This document shows, piece after piece, positions 30,524-38,550 of a stretch of 64,000 bases of DNA (position 1 is the first letter of the stretch; each line of letters begins with the position of its first letter). The stretch is from Gammaproteobacteria bacterium. Lineage in GTDB: Bacteria; Pseudomonadota; Gammaproteobacteria; DSM-19610. A program made the translations under genes and the position numbers. The notes beneath the pieces were generated by a model, which searched no databases, was not told the DNA's origin, and saw nothing but the letters and a program-made list of their open reading frames with translations. Location of the stretch: positions 6,690-70,689 of the forward strand of contig JAUXGZ010000001.1 of assembly GCA_030621785.1 (NCBI GenBank), written 5' to 3'.

Positions 30524-30540
30524 TGTAAACTTATTCGACA
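30524..30540 (-). promoter_or_regulatory. 17-bp enhancer-like box
   Basis: TGTAAACTTATTCGACA (TGTCGAATAAGTTTACA on the transcribed strand), ~74 nt upstream of the -24 element. Confidence 0.65.
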
Positions 30541-30587
30541 AATCAGTCGCAGTGACGGGAACATACTTCCCGGGCTATTCTCGCACT

Positions 30588-32096
30588 ATGCAGATATTCA
30601 CCATCCGTCTTGCCCGCGCTTCCGCAGCGTTATTTAGCGGTCTGGCCATGCCGCTGGCATTTGCGCCCTTTCCCGCCTGGCCGCTGGCCATTCTGCTTCC
30701 AGCAGTACTTTTTTTCCTGTGGCTGAAGGACTTACCGAAACAGGCCGCATGGCACGGGCTACTATTCGGTGGCGGCATGTTCACCACCGGCATCTACTGG
30801 ATTCATACCAGTTTTCATAGCTTTGGTAATGTCGGCCTGGTTTTTTCACTGCTACTGACGGCCAGCCTGGTAATGATTTGTGCCGCCTTCATCGCGCTAC
30901 CCGGTTATTTCAGCGCCCGCTGCCTGCAACAACGCGCTAACGGGTTTGCAGCGGTGCTGCTGATACCCACCGGGTGGACCCTGATGGAGTGGCTAAGAGG
31001 CTGGATTTTCACTGGTTTTCCCTGGCTCAGCCTCGGCTATAGCCAGATCGACAGTCCGTTGAGCGGCCTGGCGCCGCTAGTGGGCGTGTACGGTATCAGC
31101 CTCGCCGTGACGCTCAGCGCCACCCTGCTGGCGCTTGCGCTGCAGCGACCGGAGCCGCGGCGCAGCCTGGCGGCCGGCAGCATTCTGGCCGCCGTATGGC
31201 TCGGCGCGCTGCTGCTGAGCGATGTAGTCTGGACCAGTCCGCAAGGCCCGGCGCTGCGGGTCAGCCTGCTCCAGGGCAACATTGAACAACGCTTGAAATG
31301 GGAGCCAGAACAACGCCTTACTATCGAAGATACCTATATGGAGATGGTCGAGGAAAACTGGGGCAGCGACCTGATCGTGCTACCAGAAACCGCGCTGCCG
31401 GAATTCGACCTTGAACTGAGAGATCTGCTTGAATTTATTGACGAAGAAGCCAAAGCGACCAATACCGCGGTGCTGATCGGCATCCCGATCACCGATCAAC
31501 AGCAGGGAGAACGCAGCTACAATGGCGTTATCGGCCTGGGCGCTACCACTGGCCGTTACTACAAACGACACCTGGTACCCTTCGGCGAGTATATGCCCTT
31601 CCGGGAGCTGCTTCCCGGCCTGTCTCGTTTCCTCGACGCACCACTGTCCGACTTCTCCCCGGGATCGGAAAAAGAAACGGTAATTCTACAGGTTAACGGT
31701 ATTCCGGTGGGTATCTCGGTGTGTTATGAAGATGCCTTTCCGGCGGAAATCCTGCAGGCATTGCCAGAAGCGCAAATACTGGTCAATGTCAGCAACGACG
31801 GCTGGTTCGGCGATTCCCTTGCCCCGCACCAGCACCTGCAGATGACCCGCATGCGGGCACTGGAAACCGGCCGCCCGCTGGTGCGTGCTACCAATACCGG
31901 CATCAGTGCAATTATCAGTGAAACCGGTGACTTACAGGCCAGTGCAGGCCAGTTTCAGCGCCAGTCGGTGCGCGGCGAAGTCCAGCCCAGACGGGGCCTG
32001 ACGCCATTCGCCCGCAGCGGACACCTCCCGTTGGCGGCCATCCTGTTGTTACTACTATTTGCCGGTTGCCGGGTGGCCCGAAAAACAGCCGACTGA
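30588..32096 (+). CDS. lnt: Apolipoprotein N-acyltransferase (possibly a paralogue)
   Basis: EWLRGWIFTGFPW, QGNI, catalytic triad LPETA / YYKRHLVPFGEY / VCYED, SNDGWFG, RATNTGIS. Confidence 0.93.
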   Translation: MQIFTIRLARASAALFSGLAMPLAFAPFPAWPLAILLPAVLFFLWLKDLPKQAAWHGLLFGGGMFTTGIYWIHTSFHSFGNVGLVFSLLLTASLVMICAAFIALPGYFSARCLQQRANGFAAVLLIPTGWTLMEWLRGWIFTGFPWLSLGYSQIDSPLSGLAPLVGVYGISLAVTLSATLLALALQRPEPRRSLAAGSILAAVWLGALLLSDVVWTSPQGPALRVSLLQGNIEQRLKWEPEQRLTIEDTYMEMVEENWGSDLIVLPETALPEFDLELRDLLEFIDEEAKATNTAVLIGIPITDQQQGERSYNGVIGLGATTGRYYKRHLVPFGEYMPFRELLPGLSRFLDAPLSDFSPGSEKETVILQVNGIPVGISVCYEDAFPAEILQALPEAQILVNVSNDGWFGDSLAPHQHLQMTRMRALETGRPLVRATNTGISAIISETGDLQASAGQFQRQSVRGEVQPRRGLTPFARSGHLPLAAILLLLLFAGCRVARKTAD

Positions 32097-32420
32097 AACC
32101 GTAAGGAATACCGACAATCCGGGTGATATATCTGCCACAATGACATGTCACAGTGGCGCCCTTTCAGGATACCGCACGCAAAAAGATGGTTCAGGGTTAT
32201 TTGCGCGATCCCCTTGCCGCCACAGCAAAAACAGAAGACTTATGCCAATGCCTGTCAGGCAGTGACCGGCTCGGAATCCCTGGCAGCCTATACAAACGAC
32301 CAGTAATGCCACGCAATCCCCGAACTGTAAGCGATCGATAAGTTAGCCTGGAGTACCCTGCCTGGGTACGGAAAATCAAGAACATGAGATGACACCAATC
32401 ACACTCGGGAGTACCCATAC

Positions 32421-33155
32421 ATGACCAGAACAATAATCGGCCTGCTGGCCATCCTGCCGTTGACGCAGATTCACGCGGCTGGCGTCACCCCGGACAATAC
32501 CTTTGTGATCGATTCGAGCCAGTCAACGGTTGCCGTAACGATCACGGGCGGCGGAGCAAATCCCACCATGGACAGCAGTCCCATGAGCGGTGATTTCACC
32601 CTGGTACTCGGCAATCCCGTAGCGGGAACCCCTAATACGTGGAACAGCAACGTCGAACTGGAAACCATCCTCGCCTCGGCCGACAACCCACTGAGCATAG
32701 GTACCGGATTTGTCCAGATAGATATCGACGTGTTGGCCTTCTCCGACTTCGACCAGAATAACGCTGACAGCACGTTGCTGGCTGGCGGGCCGCCGATCTC
32801 CAGCGGCAGCCTTTCCACAGAAATCTTCTACGAAACCCAGGGGACGGCAACCGTATTCGGTACCACAGGGGAATTCGACCTCAGTGACTGGACCGACGCC
32901 ATCGACTGGGAAATCTCGGTAGCAGATGATAACTTTCTCGGCGCCACCACCCCTGGTAACCTGGAAGCCTCGATTATGGGCAGCGCGCTGATTCCCCTGC
33001 TCGACGGTGGCAACATTTTCGTCGAAGTCTCCCTGGAACTCCTTGGCTCAACGCAATACACCCCCGCCGCAGTGCCGGTTCCAGCCGCAATCTGGCTGTT
33101 CGGCCCGGGACTGTTGGGCCTGGTCGGCACCGGCTGGCGCCGCGCCCGCCAGTAA
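32421..33155 (+). CDS. Second PEP-CTERM (VPxPA-CTERM) sorted surface protein
   Basis: Signal peptide, S/T/D-rich body, VPVPAAIWLFGPGLLGLVGTGWRRARQ. Confidence 0.88.
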   Translation: MTRTIIGLLAILPLTQIHAAGVTPDNTFVIDSSQSTVAVTITGGGANPTMDSSPMSGDFTLVLGNPVAGTPNTWNSNVELETILASADNPLSIGTGFVQIDIDVLAFSDFDQNNADSTLLAGGPPISSGSLSTEIFYETQGTATVFGTTGEFDLSDWTDAIDWEISVADDNFLGATTPGNLEASIMGSALIPLLDGGNIFVEVSLELLGSTQYTPAAVPVPAAIWLFGPGLLGLVGTGWRRARQ

Positions 33156-33174
33156 AAGTCGGGGCAGCAGACAA

Positions 33175-33332
33175 GGAAAAGGGGGCTTGCGCCCCCTTTT
33201 TCACCTGCGGTTCTTTTTGGACACGAACCTTTTTACTCCTCCTACCCGGCCAAACCGTCTCTACCGGACGGGTCCGGTAGCACCTGCCGGGAAGCCGCAG
33301 CGGGCATCATGACAGGTCGATGTTCGGTAGCC
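33175..33332 (-). ncRNA. Candidate sigma-54-dependent small RNA (~155 nt)
   Basis: Lies between the sigma-54 promoter at 33343-33358 and the terminator. Internal perfect hairpin CTACCGGAC-CC-GTCCGGTAG (33261-33280); no sizeable ORF. Confidence 0.45.
33177..33201. terminator. Bidirectional intrinsic terminator
   Basis: AAAAGGGGGC-TTGC-GCCCCCTTTTT; the minus-strand loop is GCAA (GNRA). Confidence 0.85.
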
Positions 33333-33342
33333 TGAATCAGTC

Positions 33343-33358
33343 AGCAATTCCCGTACCA
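33343..33358 (-). promoter_or_regulatory. Sigma-54 promoter
   Basis: Minus strand TGGTACGGGAATTGCT, near consensus TGGCACG-N4-TTGCW. Confidence 0.7.
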
Positions 33359-33443
33359 GTTTGCGCAAACGCGCACTTTCCCAGGCTGCTGTCTGTCCAG
33401 GCTGTCTGCCGGCCCGGTAACGGGGTAATTCATGCCAAAATTA

Positions 33444-33657
33444 TGTAAATCAATTCGACACAAAATAACGCCTATCCCAACAAACGCGCCCGCGTAGTTC
33501 ATATTTTACTATTCATTATCAATGGGATAGATAATTATTCAACAAGATACCGGATACAGACAATCAAGCCGCTGTTTTAGCGAAATTGTCGCAGAAATGC
33601 TCAATTTTTAACTATTTCATGATAATTCAATTAGTTATTCTGTAAGTCAAACCGACA
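33444..33657 (-). promoter_or_regulatory. Two 17-bp enhancer-like boxes with IHF-like sites between them
   Basis: TGTAAATCAATTCGACA (33444-33460) and TGTAAGTCAAACCGACA (33641-33657); IHF-like TATCAATGGGATA and TTCAATTAGTTA. Confidence 0.6.
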
Positions 33658-33771
33658 CGGGAAATAACAAGACTGCCAATCTGTCATGCCAACACGACAG
33701 GGGCAGTCATGGCAAATATTTCGCTGATGACGGAACAGGGTAGAACACGTGCCACAAGATGAGATCGACCA

Positions 33772-33803
33772 TAAAAAAACCCGTGATCAGACACGGGTTT
33801 TTT
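33772..33803 (-). terminator. Intrinsic terminator after the DUF2892 gene
   Basis: AAAAAAACCCGTG-ATCAGA-CACGGGTTTTT. Confidence 0.8.
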
Positions 33804-33820
33804 ATGGGATGCTGCACCAT

Positions 33821-34015
33821 TCAGCTTCGGCAACTCCTGAAGCCGAAAATCGAATAGGCCGGACACCAGCCCATCAGCCCGGTGACCAGCGGCACAGCCG
33901 CAATCAATCCCCAGGGATACAAGGTCGCGACAAAGGGTCCAACAAAGGTCAGCCCCAGTACCGCTGCGCCACCGACAATCCGCACCGCCCTGTCAATTCC
34001 ACATACATTCGCCAT
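33821..34015 (-). CDS. DUF2892 / YgaP-like small membrane protein
   Basis: NVCGIDRAVRIVGG...VPLVTGLMGWCPAYSIFG. Confidence 0.85.
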   Translation of the reverse strand: MANVCGIDRAVRIVGGAAVLGLTFVGPFVATLYPWGLIAAVPLVTGLMGWCPAYSIFGFRSCRS

Positions 34016-34108
34016 GTTCGTTCTCCGGTCGCCTGCTTACTGAATAACAGGGGGTACTCTAGGCGCAGGGCACCGCGGATGCAGTGATTTAGTCACACAG
34101 ATAACGAA

Positions 34109-34795
34109 CTATCCTCCGGCTTCCACATCTCCCATTTGCTGCAGCGCCGGTAACTGCAACACTTCGACCGAGCCGCGACGAACCGCAATCCAGCCTTTGC
34201 GTTCAAAAACCTTCAGCTGACGGCTGATCACTTCACGTGCAGTGCCGAGTTCACTCGCCAGCTGCTGATGGGTTGCGGCCACAGGCAGCGTTCCGTTGTG
34301 GCTGCGGTCCACCAGCAGCCTTGCCAGCCTCGTATCGACCCGGCCGAACGCGACATCCTCGATCCGCTGAATCAACTCGCCCAGACGCTGTCCCTGACTG
34401 CTGAACACGAAACGGCGGAAATCGGCCGACAGGCCCAGTGCCTCATCGAACACCTGCTGCGGGATTACCAGTGCGGTAGTTTGCCGGTCCGCAATGCCCT
34501 CTGCGGGGTAGGCTTCGTGGCTGATCAGACAGGAGGTAGTAATCACGCAGGACTCGCCCGAACCGACCCGGTAGAGAACTACTTCGCGGCCGCCCGCCGA
34601 CAACACCTGCACGCGTACACAACCATCGACTACCACCAGGTAGTTATTGCAGACATCACCGGGGTGAAATACGGACTGACCGGCGGGCAACTGCACCAGG
34701 CGCACCTGATCGCGCAGGCGCGTCAATCCGGCATCGTCGACAGGAAAGAAACGATCCAGCAACGCAGCAGTAATCGCCATCCAAAGCCCCCTCAT
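34109..34795 (-). CDS. Crp/Fnr-family transcriptional regulator
   Basis: cNMP-binding-like domain (GREVVLYRV..GESC), HTH THQQLASELGTAREVISRQLK. Confidence 0.9.
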   Translation of the reverse strand: MRGLWMAITAALLDRFFPVDDAGLTRLRDQVRLVQLPAGQSVFHPGDVCNNYLVVVDGCVRVQVLSAGGREVVLYRVGSGESCVITTSCLISHEAYPAEGIADRQTTALVIPQQVFDEALGLSADFRRFVFSSQGQRLGELIQRIEDVAFGRVDTRLARLLVDRSHNGTLPVAATHQQLASELGTAREVISRQLKVFERKGWIAVRRGSVEVLQLPALQQMGDVEAGG

Positions 34796-34917
34796 TCAGC
34801 AGGGTTTGCAGCTTAACAAAAATTGCCAAAAAAAACGCGAGCTCAAAGCCCGCGCAAGCGTCCGGCCCAGAAAGAGGGAGAGATTCTGAGGAATCTACTG
34901 AACCGAAGTTTTTAAAC

Positions 34918-35925
34918 CTAGAACACCATTTGCCAGTTTGCCGTTAACATCCAGTCCGTGCTCATCTGCGGACCATCAAGATTTTCGTATACCGGGATAC
35001 CTCCTTCCAGCGCCAGTCGGTTACCGCTAAAGACACCGGCGGGTGCGTAAAAGTTCACGCCCGCCAGAAAATCGATCCGCTGGCCACCCTGCAGATCATT
35101 ATCTGCGGTCGGCACAACATTTTTATTCAGTTGCCGATCATTACCATCCACATCGCCCCATGCCTGGCCCTTGAGCCGCAACGATGCACTCCAGGATGGC
35201 AGAAAGCGGTAAGCACCCCAGCCACTCACCTCGATACGATCACCGAAGGAATAGTTGTTGTCATTGTCGCCCAGGCGAACGGTACCCTGTGTCTGTGCAC
35301 CCCAGGAATGCGCACCCCGGCTCAAGGTCCAGGTCAGCCCCGGCAGCAGGTCCCAGGTACCGGAACCGAGCTGCATCGGATAGGGCAGGCGGGCATTCTT
35401 CATGGCCGGCGTATTATCTTTCTCATTGATATCTCCGCTTGGCGCACTCACGCCGAAGTTCACCAGAACCTGGTGGTTGCCCCGATTTGACAGCGCATAG
35501 ATGCCACTCAGCTTTACATCGCCCACACCCTCACTACCGGTGGTAAACCGCTTGCCCATACGGGTCTTGTGCTGCATGCTCTTTTTTATCCAGGGCGCCA
35601 TGGCCATGAGGGTGAAATCATCATTGACGGCATACATGGCACCGAACATGTGCATATCGGTGTCCATGTTTTCCGGCGTAACCATGTATTTTTTCAGCAC
35701 CTTGCCATCGCTCACGCCGCTGGTACCGTCGCGCATTCCATCCATGCGCATGTGCATCCAGGTGTAGGAAAACATCCAGCTACCCTTTGCGTGCACATGA
35801 TCCGCCATTACACCGGCCGGTGAGCTTGTCAGATGGGTATGATGCTGCTGGTGCTGATCATGATCAGCAGCCTGTACCGCCGGGCAACAGGCCAATGCTG
35901 CCAGGAAAATTGCCGAATACTTCAT
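34918..35925 (-). CDS. Outer-membrane beta-barrel with His/Met-rich N-terminus (putative copper-related transporter)
   Basis: Signal peptide, DHDQHQQHHTH, PAGVMADHVH, MHMRMDGM, GVGDV, PYPMQLGSGTWD, C-terminal F. Confidence 0.7.
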   Translation of the reverse strand: MKYSAIFLAALACCPAVQAADHDQHQQHHTHLTSSPAGVMADHVHAKGSWMFSYTWMHMRMDGMRDGTSGVSDGKVLKKYMVTPENMDTDMHMFGAMYAVNDDFTLMAMAPWIKKSMQHKTRMGKRFTTGSEGVGDVKLSGIYALSNRGNHQVLVNFGVSAPSGDINEKDNTPAMKNARLPYPMQLGSGTWDLLPGLTWTLSRGAHSWGAQTQGTVRLGDNDNNYSFGDRIEVSGWGAYRFLPSWSASLRLKGQAWGDVDGNDRQLNKNVVPTADNDLQGGQRIDFLAGVNFYAPAGVFSGNRLALEGGIPVYENLDGPQMSTDWMLTANWQMVF

Positions 35926-36042
35926 TGTGTCCTCTCCGTCCGCGCATCTTCCTTATCTTGCGGCGAAAGCCGCACTAACTATTCAGCTTAGTGAGCTGAA
36001 TAATTACGCGAAAGCCTAGCATTGAACGAATGCTTTCTGAAT

Positions 36043-36072
36043 GCGGCACAATGACGCGCGACAATTTGTCGC
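36043..36072. promoter_or_regulatory. Tandem RegA/PrrA-type boxes
   Basis: GCGGCACAATGACGC directly followed by the perfect palindrome GCGACAATTTGTCGC (consensus GCGNC-N5-GNCGC), upstream of regB. Confidence 0.7.
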
Positions 36073-36106
36073 GCCTCTCACAGATTCAAGCTGCTAGAAT
36101 TCGCGC

Positions 36107-37372
36107 ATGCACAATCCCGACCCGGCCAATGCCAGCAGCCGCAACCTGAAACGGCTGTTCATGCTGCGTAGCCTGATGATCACCTGGGAGTTGCTCGCCA
36201 TCCTGGCGGTGCACTTCGGTATTGGCATCCGGCTACCACTGGCACCACTGTCCGCCACCATCGGCATGCTGATACTGGTTAACCTGTGGACCTGGCGGCG
36301 TATACGCAGTCGCGCCGATATTCGTGACCACGAGTTTCTGGCCCAGCTGGGCATCGATGTGCTGGCGCTGACCGCCGTGCTGTACTTCACCGGCGGCGCA
36401 ACCAACCCTTTTGCCTGGCTGTTCCTGATCCCGCTGATTATCGCTGCAACGGTCCTTTCAGCACGCGCGACCTGGCTGATAGCGGTTCTGACAGCCAGTT
36501 GCTACACGCTGTTGATGTTCTGGTTTCTGCCACTGGGAGGTAATGAGCATATGCACCATAGCGAGGGATTCACGCAGCACGTATTCGGCATGTGGTTCGG
36601 CTTCGTGCTGAGCGCCGCGTTGATTTCGTGGTTTGTGGTGGGCATGGCCAGCACCCTGCGCAGCCGCGACCGGCAACTGGCGCAGGTACGCGAACAGGCG
36701 CTGCGTGACGAACAACTGATCGCGCTGGGCACCCTGGCAACGGGGGCCGCACACGAACTGGGCACCCCACTGGCAACCATGGCAGTTGTTACCCGTGAGC
36801 TCGAACGAACCGGCACCGATGTCGCAATGCAACGGAAATTCACGATTCTTCGCGACCAGGTAGAACGCTGTAAAAAAGCGCTGTCCGTCATCTCCGCCTC
36901 GGCCGGTGAAGCGCGCGCGGAAAGCGGCTGCCTGATGCCGGTAGCGGGATTTCTGCAGAGCATCATCACCGAGTGGCAGGCACAGCGTCCGGATGCCCGG
37001 CTCGAGGTGCACATCGACCAGGGACCGGACAGCGCCAGCATTGTGGATGAGCAGACCCTGCGCCAGTCGCTCGCCAACCTGCTCAATAATGCCGCCGATG
37101 CCTCGGCCGATCGCTTGACCATCCGGGCAAGGTGGGACGACGACCGGCTGGAAATCGAAATACTGGATCGTGGCCCGGGCCTGAGGTCACAGGTTGCCGC
37201 AGCGATCGATCGTCAAAAAACCAGCCACAAGGAGTACGGCATGGGACTCGGCCTGTTCCTGACCCACGCGACCATACGGCGCCTGGGCGGTGATATCGCG
37301 CTTTTCGACCGCGATGGCGGCGGCACTTGCACCCGCATACGCCTGGCACTAGCCAGTTTCGAGGCATCCTGA
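36107..37372 (+). CDS. regB: RegB/PrrB-type redox sensor histidine kinase
   Basis: Quinone-binding TGGATNPF, AAHELGTPL, RC cysteine, GMGLGLFL. Confidence 0.9.
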   Translation: MHNPDPANASSRNLKRLFMLRSLMITWELLAILAVHFGIGIRLPLAPLSATIGMLILVNLWTWRRIRSRADIRDHEFLAQLGIDVLALTAVLYFTGGATNPFAWLFLIPLIIAATVLSARATWLIAVLTASCYTLLMFWFLPLGGNEHMHHSEGFTQHVFGMWFGFVLSAALISWFVVGMASTLRSRDRQLAQVREQALRDEQLIALGTLATGAAHELGTPLATMAVVTRELERTGTDVAMQRKFTILRDQVERCKKALSVISASAGEARAESGCLMPVAGFLQSIITEWQAQRPDARLEVHIDQGPDSASIVDEQTLRQSLANLLNNAADASADRLTIRARWDDDRLEIEILDRGPGLRSQVAAAIDRQKTSHKEYGMGLGLFLTHATIRRLGGDIALFDRDGGGTCTRIRLALASFEAS

Positions 37373-37920
37373 TGAGTGCCGGAGAAGAGCTCCGCCCGTC
37401 CCTGCTGATCGTCGATGACGACGAGATATTCTGCGAGGTGCTGGCGGATGCCCTGTCGGACCGCGGCTACCGGGTCGCCACGGCGCACAGCATCGACTCC
37501 GGCCTGCAACAGGCCAGGGAAATCGAGCCGGAATATGCGGTCGTGGACCTGCGCATCGACCAGGAATCCGGCCTGGTACTGACGCAGAAACTGCACGCGC
37601 TGGATGAAAACACCCGCATTGTCATACTGACCGGCTACGCCAGTGTCGCAACCGCCGTCGAAGCCATCAAGCTGGGCGCGGTCCACTACCTGACCAAACC
37701 GGCAGATGCGGACCAGATTCTCGCGGCATTACACAAAGACGATGGTGACGCCCAGGCACCGCTGACGGACACCCCGCTCACCGTCCGCAGACTGGAATGG
37801 GAGCACCTGCAGCGAGTATTGGGCGAATGTGATGGTAATATATCCGCCGCAGCGCGAAAGCTGCGTATGCACCGCAGAACCCTGCAACGAAAACTGGCCA
37901 AAAAGCCGGACAAGGAATAA
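37372..37920 (+). CDS. regA: RegA/PrrA-type response regulator
   Basis: LLIVDDD, AVVDLR, LTGYASVATAVEAIK, LEWEHLQRVL..NISAAARKLRMHRRTLQRKL. Confidence 0.92.
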   Translation: MSAGEELRPSLLIVDDDEIFCEVLADALSDRGYRVATAHSIDSGLQQAREIEPEYAVVDLRIDQESGLVLTQKLHALDENTRIVILTGYASVATAVEAIKLGAVHYLTKPADADQILAALHKDDGDAQAPLTDTPLTVRRLEWEHLQRVLGECDGNISAAARKLRMHRRTLQRKLAKKPDKE

Positions 37921-37935
37921 CACAGGAACCCGACA

Positions 37936-38550
37936 ATGAAAAAGACTCTCGCACTCATCACCGCCACGCTGCTGTTGGCACTCGGCATCCACACCGCACA
38001 GGCAGGCGACAACCCCCGGGTGGAAATGAAAACCTCCAAGGGTGATGTCATCATCGAGCTATACCCCGACAAGGCACCGGTCACGGTGGAAAATTTCCTG
38101 CGCTACGTAAAGGACGGCGCCTACGACCACACCATCTTCCACCGCGTGATCAAGGGCTTCATGAACCAGGGCGGAGGCTTCACGGTCGAGGGCAAGAAGA
38201 AGGATATCAAGAGCTATCCGCCGATCAGGAACGAGGCCGACAACGGCCTGAAGAACCTGCGCGGCACCGTCGCCATGGCCCGCACTGGCGACCCGAACTC
38301 GGCGACCAACCAGTTCTTCATCAACACGGTGGACAACAGTTTCCTGGATCACACGGGTAAAACATCTCGCGGCTGGGGCTACACGGTGTTTGGCAAGGTT
38401 AGCAGTGGCATGGAGGTCATGGACCGTATCTCGAAGGTGGTAACCGGCAGTCACGGGCAGTTCAGCCGGGATGCACCGCTGATGCCGGTCGAGATTTACT
38501 CCATTCGGGTCATCGATGGAAGCAGTGAAGCCTCAACCAGTGGCAGCTAA
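37936..38550 (+). CDS. ppiA: Periplasmic cyclophilin-type peptidyl-prolyl isomerase
   Basis: Signal peptide, KAPVTVENF, IFHRVIKGFMNQGGG, AMART, QFFIN. Confidence 0.9.
   Translation: MKKTLALITATLLLALGIHTAQAGDNPRVEMKTSKGDVIIELYPDKAPVTVENFLRYVKDGAYDHTIFHRVIKGFMNQGGGFTVEGKKKDIKSYPPIRNEADNGLKNLRGTVAMARTGDPNSATNQFFINTVDNSFLDHTGKTSRGWGYTVFGKVSSGMEVMDRISKVVTGSHGQFSRDAPLMPVEIYSIRVIDGSSEASTSGS

Noticed and set aside
33341-33433. 30-aa minus-strand ORF ending CANWYGNC, superficially RiPP-like
   Set aside because: The 'WYGNC' codons are the sigma-54 promoter sequence itself; no RBS and no modifying enzymes nearby.
38533-38550. 18-bp tail-to-tail overlap of ppiA and the motY-like gene, and apparently higher GC3 in mid-ppiA
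   Set aside because: Short convergent overlaps are common, and the codon shift could not be quantified by eye.
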